DNA of 64,000 bases from Octopus sinensis. Its lineage: Eukaryota. Position 1 is the stretch's first letter. Every line of letters starts with the position of its first letter. This document shows, piece by piece, positions 27,169 through 38,500 of this stretch. The notes beneath the pieces are model-generated. The model was not told the DNA's origin. It worked only from the letters and a program-made list of their open reading frames with translations, and ran no database searches. The stretch lies in contig NW_021836155.1 of the NCBI RefSeq assembly GCF_006345805.1, forward strand, positions 1-64,000. Direction: 5' to 3'. The position numbers and the translations under genes were made by a program.

Positions 27169-27315
27169 ATATTAATTATATTTTTTATAATATGTTACAT
27201 ATTTAAATAATATAAATTAATCATATGTATTGGGCTAAGTCTTTCATTGTTTGATTTGCCTAATAGTGGTTTTGTCTCTAATTTAATATAATATATATAA
27301 TATATATATATATAT

Positions 27316-27524
27316 TTCAAAACGTGACCTCATGTGTACTGTTGGCTATTTTTTTTCCTCTGTGTCCCTTCTCTGGATCTTTCCTTCTCCTATGTTTCTG
27401 ACAAAGAGCTCTGCTCGAAATGTTAAACCCTCCTTCTTTCCTTCTTTCCTGAGCGTCCAATAATACTATATTTGTTCCACATCCTCGCGTTGTGTTTTTT
27501 TCTGCTTTCTTGTTTGGATTAACA
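27316..27524 (+). mobile_element. TA-inserted element with degenerate minimal HHR (27394-27428); second copy at 61466-61643 (-)
   Basis: gttt-CTGACAA-agagc tct gctc-GAAATGTT-aaac; the two copies together give gtttCTGACGAagagctccgctcGAAACGTWaaac. Confidence 0.65.
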
Positions 27525-27543
27525 TTATATATATATATATATA

Positions 27544-27584
<41 letters not shown>

Positions 27585-28029
27585 TGTAGATATAAATACA
27601 GCAGTCATCAAGATTTACCTACTTAAATCCTCTCAAATACAGGACATGAAACCCCATCCAAATAAAAGAAAGTAGATGCTTCGTTAAAGCTGTCAATAGC
27701 AATTCACCTTTAGAATGTCAAACAAGCCAAAAGGTACACATTATTTGGCTTTTAATCAGAACTGATCATGTCATCGATGCCATGAGGAGTTCAATGCTAA
27801 AAACATGGGAGAATTTCAAGTCCTCCACAATAATCTCAAAAACTTAGTGCTGTGAGAATATACAGGACATGGGGGCATCACAACACTACAGTTGCAATTA
27901 GTGCATGACCTGAGAATTTTGCATGAGGAGTAATGCACCATTCTATGTGCATATTACTTAGATGGTTGTAATGTGCAAGTGATGGAGTGACTGGGCTCTA
28001 AGAGCATTCCAAACACAGAAAATGGGTAC

Positions 28030-28199
28030 CGTCCAGGGGTTCCGCAAGAAGTTATAAAACTGCTAAAATTGGCAGTAATTTTTAATTCTCCTGTGCAGAT
28101 TTGTGTGCATAAGACTATTAAATTATTGCACAGGGGTTCCTCAAGCCAGTGGAATGTTTCCTTGGGGTTCTGCTCCAGCAAAAAGTTTGTAAAGCACTG
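28030..28199 (+). mobile_element. hAT-like MITE 3' fragment
   Basis: ggggttcc subterminal repeats and terminus aaaaagtttgtaaagcactg resembling hAT CAGTG..AAAC TIRs. Confidence 0.5.
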
Positions 28200-28336
28200 A
28201 TATATATATATATATATATACATGTAAATTAGACAAAAACTCTCTATATATATTTTATATTGTGAAATTTGATTTAGTACTACTAAATTGAATTTTTCCC
28301 TCTAAGTTTGGAATTATATTCCCTAATATTACATAT

Positions 28337-28552
28337 AAGGCAGTGAGCTGGCAGAGACATGAGCATGTCAGGCAAAATGCTTAGTGGTATTTCATCTGTC
28401 TTTACGTTCTGAGTTCAGATGTCACCGAGGTCATCTTTTCTTTTCATCCTTTCAGAGTCAATAAATCAAGTACTAGTTGCATACTAGGGTCAATCTAATC
28501 AACTGGCCTCCTACCCCCAAAAATTTCAGGCCTTGTGTCTAGAGTAGAAAGG
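28337..28552 (+). mobile_element. SINE family B, diverged
   Basis: Family motifs. Confidence 0.75.
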
Positions 28553-28762
28553 AATGAATGAATGAATGAATGAATGGATGGATGGATAGATAGATAGATA
28601 GATGGCAATGTAGCAAAAGATCAATGGACAATGGCGAAGGGACATAATCACCTAGGGTTTTACCCTTAAAAACGAGGTTTTTACCCCTCCATATTTTAAA
28701 GAGGTCTCAAGCCAGCAGTGTTTGGGATCTGAAGATATGCCATAAGCCTAAACCCCACTATA

Positions 28763-28797
<35 letters not shown>

Positions 28798-29196
28798 CTA
28801 TCAGTATCGCCCGGCGTTGCTCAGGTTTGTAAGGGAAATAACTATATAAGCATTTTTAGAGATGTAAAGTATAATAGCCATCTCAATATGGCTAACCACA
28901 AAGGGGGGGGGTGTTACTGTAGCTTTTTACGTTGTGAGATTTAATAATAAATTTTTAGAGAGTTACTTACCTTATATATGCCAAAAATGCATTAAAAAAT
29001 GGGAAAAATTGATGGTAAATTTTTTTTTAAATCATAGACTCATCGTAGATGCGCGCTAATACCCAGAAGGGCTCGATATGAATCACGACTATAAGATACC
29101 CGCCTTTGGTTAAACTGCACCGCAAAATGTGGGAGTAGTTAGGAATCTAAATCGTAGGAGACAGACACCACACAACCTCTCTTTTATATATAAAGA
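28798..29196 (-). mobile_element. Non-autonomous Helitron-like element
   Basis: Minus strand starts A|TCtttatatataaaag and ends with GC hairpin cctgagcaacgccggg then ctgaTAG|T (variant of CTRR); no TSD. Confidence 0.7.
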
Positions 29197-29802
29197 TATA
29201 TATGTATATATATATATATATATGGAGTCTATGTGTGTAAAAATATAAATATATACACACACACCATGCATATGAATATGTATATATACATGTATGCAAT
29301 ATGTGCACACACACACACACACACACATAGCAAGAGAGACATAGAAAGACTGAAAGATTTACATACACACACAAATACATTTATCTGTATACGAATATAC
29401 ATACACACACACACATGTATATATATATATATATACACACATTTACATATAAACATGTAAGTATATGTATATACACATGTGTGTGTGTGAGTGTGTATGC
29501 ATTCACATAGATGTACGTGTGTACATGCATATATATACTTGTGTGCTGTGAAGGAAGAGGTGTGAGAGAGTATGGTCATGGTGCAATACAGTGTACTGCA
29601 AAAGTCCTGCAGACTGTTGCCAAGTGACTGCACCAGATTTCACGCATGCTTGCACTATGATGTGTTGACAATGATGGTGGTGGTGCATTTCAAATGGTAC
29701 CCAGGTATTATTTATTGAACATGGTAATATGTATCAATATACACCTTTCGCGCACACACATATGTATGTAAGTGTGTATGTGGGTATATATATATATATA
29801 TA

Positions 29803-29955
29803 TTGGCGTTAGGAAGGGCATCCAGCTGTAGAAACACTGCCAGATCTGACTGGCCTGGTGCAGCCTTCGGGCTTGCCAGACCCCAGTTGAACCGTCCAAC
29901 CCATGCTAGCATGGAAAGCGGATGTTAAACGATGATGATGATGATGATGATGATG
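29803..29955 (+). mobile_element. Short RTE-like 3' end with (GAT)n tail
   Basis: Family motifs. Confidence 0.8.
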
Positions 29956-30081
29956 ATATATATATATATATATACAGACAAACACATAATTAAATATTTG
30001 TATATATCGTTACCATCATTATTTAAAGTCCTCCCATGTTGGCATGGATTGGACAGCTTACACACATACACACACACAAAC

Positions 30082-30297
30082 AGAAACGTTAGCGTGCCGG
30101 GCGAAATGCGTAGCCGTATTTCGTCTGCTGTTACGTTCTGAGTTCAAATTCCGCCGAGGTCAACTTTGCCTTTCATCCTTTCGGGGTCGATAAATAAAGT
30201 ACCAGTTTCACACTGGGGTCAATGTAATCGACATAATCCCTTTGTCTGTCCTTGTTTGTCCCCTCTGTGTTTAGCCCCTTGTGGACAGTAAAGAAAT
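30082..30297 (+). mobile_element. SINE family B
   Basis: Family motifs. Confidence 0.85.
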
Positions 30298-30381
30298 ATA
30301 TATATATATATTCTCAGATGTAGATGTATAGATACATATATATATATATGTATATATATGTGTGTGTGTGTTATTATAAGT

Positions 30382-30434
<53 letters not shown>

Positions 30435-31804
30435 TCACAAGATGTATGTGTAGAGAAACACACAAGTATGGATTATATGCATATACACACACACACACAC
30501 GTGTGTTATGCATTTGTGGGCGAGATAGAAAAGGAAAAAAACAACCTCGAAGACAGCACACACACACACACATACAAACACACACATACACATCAAAGTC
30601 AAAGACGAACACACCACACACACACACACCACACACAAATAACTTAATCAAGAAGACATACAACACAAATTGAAATTAATACAAAGAGAAAGAAAATATA
30701 ATGAAATGAAAATTATAAGAACAACAAAAAAAAGCAACAGTAAAGTGAAAGTAAAAGCAAAATAAAATAAAACACAAAAAATCAAAACACACACACACAC
30801 ACACACACACAGACACACACACAGACACACACATGTCTATTATTTATACTGTAGTTGTTGCTTTTGTGTTGTTTTTGTTTTTGTTGTTGCTCTTAATTCG
30901 TGTCAAAAAGTAATTAACACTGCGTGAAGGTGGTAGGGTGGGGGTAAGGTTAGACACTGAGGCTAGGGTGGGGTGGGTGATGTGCGGCTGTGGGCATGTA
31001 TCTGTGTGTGTGTGTGCAGTTGGTGGTGGTGGTGTTGGTAGCAAACTACAATGCTGCAATATTGAGAACATGCTTCAAAAGCTTTACATATATACATGAG
31101 TGTGTGCACATGTGTGTGTGTGTATGCATATATATATGTGTGTATATGTATATGTGTGTATATGTATATGTGTGTATATATATATATGTATACATTTATA
31201 TATATATGTATGTATCAAATGGATGTGTTATAAAACTGTTCCGCACATACAATAACAGCCATACCAACAATCCAGCATACCTCCATCATCAGCTGCCTCA
31301 CGGATATCATTGTGGTTTTGACACTTGGGCAGTACCACTCAATCCAGCAGTGTCAACAGCACTAAAATAAGTGTTGTTTGGGAACAACACACCTAAGATG
31401 TCACCACATTCATTCAATCTTAATTCTAGGAAGGATTAAACACTAATTTTATTAATTAGACTACAACAAAGGAACACATTTACCCTATGTACAAAAACAG
31501 TATCAGTAAATAAATTCAATTAGTAAATCTATAACTAACTCCTTAATTATCTAACTTAATAGCAACCTAGCCCTTGAAGTCCATACAGATAATATCCCCA
31601 CTAGTCTTCCATAATTATTAATACAAACGTGAAAGTTTTAATATTCTATTCTTTCCAAAACAAAAACAAATTCGATTGAACTTTACTAATAATATAACTA
31701 ATTCTAAGTTAATAATTAAAACACTCCATGCATATTAAATATCCATTAGCCTTACATGCTTTAATGTTGAACTTATGCCAGAAATGTATATATATGTATA
31801 TATA

Positions 31805-32152
31805 TCATCATCATCATCGTTTAACATCCGCCTTCCATGCTAGCATGGGTTGGACGGTTCAACTGGGGTCTGGGAAACCAGAAGCCTGCACTAGGCCCAG
31901 TCTCACCTGGCAGTGTTTCTACAGCTGGATGCCCTTTCTAACGCCAACCACTCCGTGAGTGTAGTGGGTGCTTTTTACGTGCCAGACGAGGCTGGCAACG
32001 GCCACGATCGGATGGTGCTTTTTACATGCCACCGGCATGGAGGCAAGTCAGGGTGGTGCAGGCAACAGCTACGTTCGGATGGTCCTCTTACGTGCCACTG
32101 GCACTAGTATCTTAACTACAATTTCCATTGATGTTGATCGATTTTGATTTTG
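31805..32152 (-). mobile_element. RTE-like 3' fragment
   Basis: Family motifs. Confidence 0.8.
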
Positions 32153-32154
32153 AT

Positions 32155-32186
<32 letters not shown>

Positions 32187-32499
32187 GTGTGTGTGTGTGT
32201 ATACATATATGCATATTGGTCATATGTTGGGTAGCTTTCAAAGTGGAAGAAAGTGAAGGAAGAAGGCCAAGATGGATCGAAGACTGTGCAAAGGTTTGTG
32301 TCCAGTGATAAGGGCATGCGATCCTTCACTACCCAACTGAATTTATCTGTTACTCGTCCAGCGGCAAGGAGGCAATCCAGGATGAATGGTGTTGGGGGCA
32401 AGTTGCAGCAAGCTGCCGCATCCGTGGGTATTAGCCAACTGATGTTCATATTGGTAGAGAGAGAAAGAGATAGACAGGCCAACAGATAGACAGACAGAT

Positions 32500-32822
32500 A
32501 AATAGATAATATAGATAGATACATACATACATAGAGAAGTAGGTAGGTAGGTAGGTAGATAGATAGATGGATGGATGGATGGATGGATGGATGGATGGAT
32601 GGATGGATGGATGGATGGAGATAGATAGATAGATAGATAGATAACTTTCTTTATTTGCCACACAGGGCTGAACGCAAAGGGACAAATACAAATGTAGAAC
32701 TTTTCTTTTCGAAAATGATTCTTTATAGACAGGCAGGCAGACAGGCAGACTGACAGGGAAATGGACAGACAGATAGATAGATAAATGAGGAAACATACAG
32801 AAGACAGACAGACAGACAGACC

Positions 32823-32875
<53 letters not shown>

Positions 32876-32902
32876 GTAGATACATAGATAGGTAGGTAGG
32901 TG

Positions 32903-32935
<33 letters not shown>

Positions 32936-33067
32936 GGAAACAGATAGACAGAGAGATAAGTAGATAGACAAACAGATAGATGGCTGGATTAGGTAGAGAG
33001 ATATGTATGTGTGTGTAAAATCCATGTTGACTGCGGCAGTTAAGTTTCACCTATTGACTTAATAGCA

Positions 33068-33152
<85 letters not shown>

Positions 33153-33170
33153 ACACACACACACACATGC
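32500..33170. repeat. (GATA)n/(GGAT)n/(GACA)n and long (CA)n microsatellites
   Basis: Seen directly. Confidence 0.9.
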
Positions 33171-33569
33171 TTATGTATCTGAGAACCGACTGATCACTGA
33201 GATAAAAGTGCTTTTTATATTGCTTTCTTCTATGCTAAAATAAATAATCTATTCCAACTTCTGCTGCTAAATTACTTTTGTCATCGTGGCTGGCCTTTTG
33301 CGATAAATTCCGTCAGATCAAAGAGAGACACTTAATCACAAAAGGCAAAAAATGGGTCCATATCAATTTTTTTTCACCAGTGTGGTCACTTCTACTCCAT
33401 CTTACCCCCAACTGCATATTCCTGAGCAAACCTAGAGCAAAGCAAGAACCTGACCTTGTACATTCCTTTATGATGGCAATTAATACCATTATAATAGCAC
33501 TTTCTCTTGGACCATCATACCCTTCGTCTCATCTGTGTGTGTGGTGTGTGTGTGTGTATTTATATACAG

Positions 33570-34014
33570 ATGCAGGCAAGGCTGTGTGGTAAGAAGCTTG
33601 CATCCCAACCACATGGACCCAGGTTCAGTCCCACTGTGTGGCATGTAGGGTTAGTGTTTTCTGCCATAGCCCCAGGCTGACCAAAGCATTGTGAGTGAAA
33701 TTTGATAGACAGAAACTGAAAGAAGCCCATTGTACATAAATCATCATCATCATCATCGTTTAGCATCCGCTTTCCATGCTAGCATGGGTTGGACGGTTCA
33801 ACTGGGGTCTGGGAAGCCAGAAGGCTGCACCAGGCCCAGTCTCATCTGGCAATGTTTCTACAGCTGGATGCCCTTCCTAACGCCAACCACTCCATGAGTG
33901 TAGTGGGTGCTTTTTACGTGCCTTCGGAACAGGTGCCAGACGGGGCTGGCAAATGGCCACGATCGGATGGTGCTTTTTATGTGCCACCGGCACGGGGGCC
34001 AGGCGAGGCTGGCA
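33570..34014. mobile_element. SINE A 5' half (+, 33570-33735) abutting an RTE-like 3' fragment (-, 33740-34014)
   Basis: Family motifs. Confidence 0.8.
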
Positions 34015-34073
34015 ATACATATATATAGATAGATAGATAGATAGGATTATATACATATATATATAGATAGATG

Positions 34074-34250
34074 GAATCACTCAAGTTCATTCTGACAAAC
34101 AATTATTTCCTCTTCGATAACACACACTACCGTCAAAAATGTGGTAATGCGTGTGTTTTTATTGGCTAAACTGGCAAAATGACCATTCCGAAATCTAACA
34201 ATATCTGTTTCAACACACGACTTCACATAAAAAATCTTGCACAACAAATA
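34074..34250 (+). mobile_element. Penelope-like RT fragment fused to a repeat also seen inverted at about 56195-56290
   Basis: 34074-34151 translates ESLKFILTNNYFLFDNTHYRQKCGNA (PLE RT motif NYFxFxxxxYxQxxG). Confidence 0.75.
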
Positions 34251-34454
34251 TATAAATTATTATTATTATTATTATTAATTTCATTCATCATGCAAAAGGA
34301 TGTGTGTATTCGCCATTATACTATTTATTTTATTCAACTTTAGAAAAATTGAAGCATGTCTTAATTTCGGAACATATTGAACTTATTCTGAGTGTGATTT
34401 TTAGCCCACCCTACGTGTGTGTGTGTGTGCGTGTGTGTGTGAATACATACATAC

Positions 34455-34625
34455 AGGTGCAGGAGTGGCTGTGTGGTAAGTAGGTTGCTAACCAACCACA
34501 TGGTTCCGGGTTCAGTCCCACTGCGTGGCATCTTGGGCAAGTGTCTCTGCTATAGCCCCGGGCCAACCAATGCCTTGTGAGTGGATTTGGTAGGTGGAAA
34601 CTGAAAGAAGCCTGTCATATATATG

Positions 34626-34667
<42 letters not shown>

Positions 34668-34869
34668 TGTGTTTGTCCCCCTAGCATTGCTTGACAACCG
34701 ATGCTGGTGTGTTTACGTCCCCGTCACTTAGCGGTTCGGCAATAGAGACTGATAGAATAAGTACTGGGCTTACAAAGAATAAGTCCCGGGGTCGATTTGC
34801 TCGACTAGAGGCGGTGCTCCAGCATGGCCGCAGTCAATGACAAGTAAAAGAGTAAAAGAGTAAAAGAGT
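34455..34869 (+). mobile_element. SINE family A, full length
   Basis: All family motifs present. Confidence 0.9.
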
Positions 34870-35520
34870 ATATAGGCACACATCATATATTTACTTTCCT
34901 GACATACGTATAGAAATATTATACATGTATATATATATTTGCACACACACAACACATTCATACACTTTATATATATCTGTGTGTGTCTGTGTGTGCGTGT
35001 GTTTGTGTGTGTGTGTGCGTGTACATGCATGTGTATTGATTGATGAACAGACAGTGGATGTTGCTAGTATTACTAGCAGCAAAATCCTTCTCCGGTTATC
35101 ACAATGCCGTTCCTCTTTTGTCTTGTGTTGAAGTCTATTAACGCACTTGGCTGGACATCTTTTCACATGTACATTGACCCAACAGAACATTAGTAATTGG
35201 TATCAGTATTAATAATCCATTATGTGCTAACATGCAGCCATGTATAAGAAGCTCGCTGGCCATGAAAGTGATCTCATAAATTCTCGCCTTTCCAGGTGTT
35301 TGCAAGTCTGATTCCTGGCCTGAGAAAGACAGTTCAGCAATTACTCGCTTAGCAACCTTCGCAGATGGCTTGCTTCCCACAGCCAAACATGCAGCTATGT
35401 TTTCTCACAGAAGGCAGGACACAAACCACCCCACTTATATGACGATGATACCCGTTTACAACCATCAAATGATGTCTGTTTAATTGCACACAGAAACACA
35501 TACACACACAATCCAAGGTT

Positions 35521-38500
35521 GCACATAAAAAGCACTGTTGCTGGTGCCATGTAAAAAGCACTGGTGCCGGTGCCACATAAAAAGCACTGTTGCTGGTGCC
35601 ATGTAAAAAGCACTGGTGCTGGTGCCATGTAAAAAGCACTGGTGCTGGTGCCATGTAAAAAGCACTGGTGCTGGTGCCATGTAAAAAGCACTGGTGCTGG
35701 TGCCATGTAAAAAGCACTGGTGCTGGTGCCATGTAAAAAGCACTGGTGCTGGTGCCATGTAAAAAGCACTGGTGCTGGTGCCATGTAAAAAGCACTGGTG
35801 CTGGTGCCATGTAAAAAGCACTGGTGCTGGTGCCATGTAAAAAGCACTGGTGCTGGTGCCATGTAAAAAGCACTGGTGCTGGTGCCATGTAAAAAGCACC
35901 AGTGCTGGTGCCATGTAAAAAGCACTGGTGCTGGTGCCATGTAAAAAGCACTGGTGCTGGTGCCATGTAAAAAGCACTGGTGCTGGTGCCATGTAAAAAG
36001 CACTGGTGCTGGTGCCATGTAAAAAGCACTGGTGCTGGTGCCATGTAAAAAGCACCAGTGCTGGTGCCATGTAAAAAGCACTGGTGCTGGTGCCATGTAA
36101 AAAGCACTGGTGCTGGTGCCATGTAAAAAGCACTGGTGCTGGTGCCATGTAAAAAGCACCAGTGCTGGTGCCAGTTAAAAAGCACTGGGCTGGTGCCATG
36201 TAAAAAGCACTGGTGCTGGTGCCATGTAAAAAGCACTGGTGCTGGTGCCACGTAAAAAGCACTGGTGCTGGTGCCATGTAAAAAGCATGGTGCTGGTGCC
36301 ATGTAAAAGCACTGGTCTGGTGCCACGTAAAAAGCACTGGTGCTGGTGCCATGTAAAAAGCACTGGTGCTGGTGCCATGTAAAAAGCACTGGTTCTGGTG
36401 CCATGTAAAAAGCACTGGTGCTGGTGCCATGTAAAAAGCACCAGTGCTGGTGCCATGTAAAAAGCACTGGTGCTGGTGCCATGTAAAAAGCACTGGTGCT
36501 GGTGCCACGTAAAAAGCACTGGTTCTGGTGCCATGTAAAAAGCACTGGTTCTGGTGCCATGTAAAAAGCACTGGTTCTGGTGCCATGTAAAAAGCACTGG
36601 TTCTGGTGCCATGTAAAAAGCACTGGTTCTGGTGCCAGGTAAAAAGCACTGGTGCTGGTGCCACGTAAAAAGCACTGGTTCTGGTGCCAGGTAAAAAGCA
36701 CTGGTGCTGGTGCCATGTAAAAAGCACTGGTTCTGGTGCCATGTAAAAAGCACTGGTGCTGGTGCCATGTAAAAAGCACTGGTTCTGGTGCCACGTAAAA
36801 AGCACTGGTGCTGGTGCCAGGTAAAAAGCACTGGTGCTGGTGCCGTAAAAAAGCACTGGTTCTGGTGCCATGTAAAAAGCACTGGTGCGGTGCCATGTAA
36901 AAAGCACTGGTGCAGTGCCATGTAAAAAGCACTGGTGCTGGTGCCATGTAAAAAGCACTGGTTCTGGTGCCACGTAAAAAGCACTGGTGCTGGTGCCAGG
37001 TAAAAAGCACTGGTGCTGGTGCCATGTAAAAAGCACTGGTGCTGGTGCCACGTAAAAAGCACTGGTGCTGGTGCCATGTAAAAAGCACTGGTGCTGGTGC
37101 CATGTAAAAAGCACTGGTTCTGGTGCCACGTAAAAAGCACTGGTGCTGGTGCCATGTAAAAAGCACTGGTGCTGGTGCCATGTAAAAAGCACTGGTGCTG
37201 GTGCCACGTAAAAAGCACTGGTGCTGGTGCCATGTAAAAAGCACTGGTGCTGGTGCCATGTAAAAAGCACTGGTTCTGGTGCCACGTAAAAAGCACTGGT
37301 GCTGGTGCCACGTAAAAAGCACTGGTGCTGGTGCCATGTAAAAAGCACTGGTTCTGGTGCCATGTAAAAAGCACTGGTGCTGGTGCCATGTAAAAAGCAC
37401 CAGTGCTGGTGCCATGTAAAAGCACTGGTGCTGGTGCCATGTAAAAAGCACTGGTGCTGGTGCCACGTAAAAAGCACTGTTCTGGTGCCATGTAAAAGCA
37501 CTGGTTCTGGTGCCATGTAAAAAGCACTGGTCTGGTGCCATGTAAAAAGCACTGGTTCTGGTGCCATGTAAAAAGCACTGGTCTGGTGCCATGTAAAAAG
37601 CACTGGTGCTGGTGCCACGTAAAAAGCACTGGTTCTGGTGCCATGTAAAAAGCACTGGTGTGGTGCCATGTAAATAGCACTGGTTCTGGTGCCATGTAAA
37701 AAGCACTGGTGCTGGTGCCATGTAAAAAGCACTGGTGCTGGTGCCACGTAAAAAGCACTGGTGCTGGTGCCAGGTAAAAAGCACTGGTGCTGGTGCCATG
37801 TAAAAAGCACTGGTTCTGGTGCCATGTAAAAAGCACTGGTGCTGGTGCCATGTAAAAAGCACTGGTTCTGGTGCCATGTAAAAAGCACTGGTGCTGGTGC
37901 CACGTAAAAAGCACTGGTGCTGGTGCCATGTAAAAAGCACTGGTGCTGGTGCATGTAAAAAGCACTGGTTCTGGTGCCCATAAAAAGCACTGGTGCTGGT
38001 GCCATGTAAAAGCACTGGTGCTGGTGCCATGTAAAAAGCACTGGTTCTGGTGGTGCCATGTAAAAAGCACTAGTGCTGGTGCCATGTAAAAAGCACTGGT
38101 GCCAGTGCCACGTAAAAAGCACTGGTGCTGGTGCCATGTAAAAAGCACTGGTTCTGGTGCCACGTAAAAAGCACTGGTGCTGGTGCCAGGTAAAAAGCAC
38201 TGGTGCTGGTGCCATGTAAATAGCACTGGTTCTGGTGCCATGTAAAAAGCACTGGTGCTGGTGCCATGTAAAAAGCACTGGTTCTGGTGCCATGTAAAAA
38301 GCACTGGTGCTGGTGCCAAGTAAAAAGCACTGGTGCTGGTGCCAGGTAAAAAGCACTGGTGCTGGTGCCAGGTAAAAAGCACTGGTTCTGGTGCCACATA
38401 AAAAGCACTGGTGCTGGTGCCATGTAAAAAGCACTGGTGCTGGTGCCATGTAAAAAGCACTGGTTCTGGTGCCATGTAAAAAGCACTAGTGCTGGTGCCA

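Larger units (their letters stand above)
26790..27295. mobile_element. Fold-back element (~208-bp arms, 26863-27070/27087-27294) in (TA)n with an HHR motif in each arm; probable inverted Penelope-type pLTR pair
   Basis: Arms are near-perfect reverse complements; related sequence at 28240-28330, 54458-54845 and 56060-56130. Confidence 0.8.

Noticed and set aside
32200-32455. Possible coding exon (FKVEESEGRRPRWIEDC)
   Set aside because: Only a faint resemblance to an RTE C-terminus; no splice or homology support.
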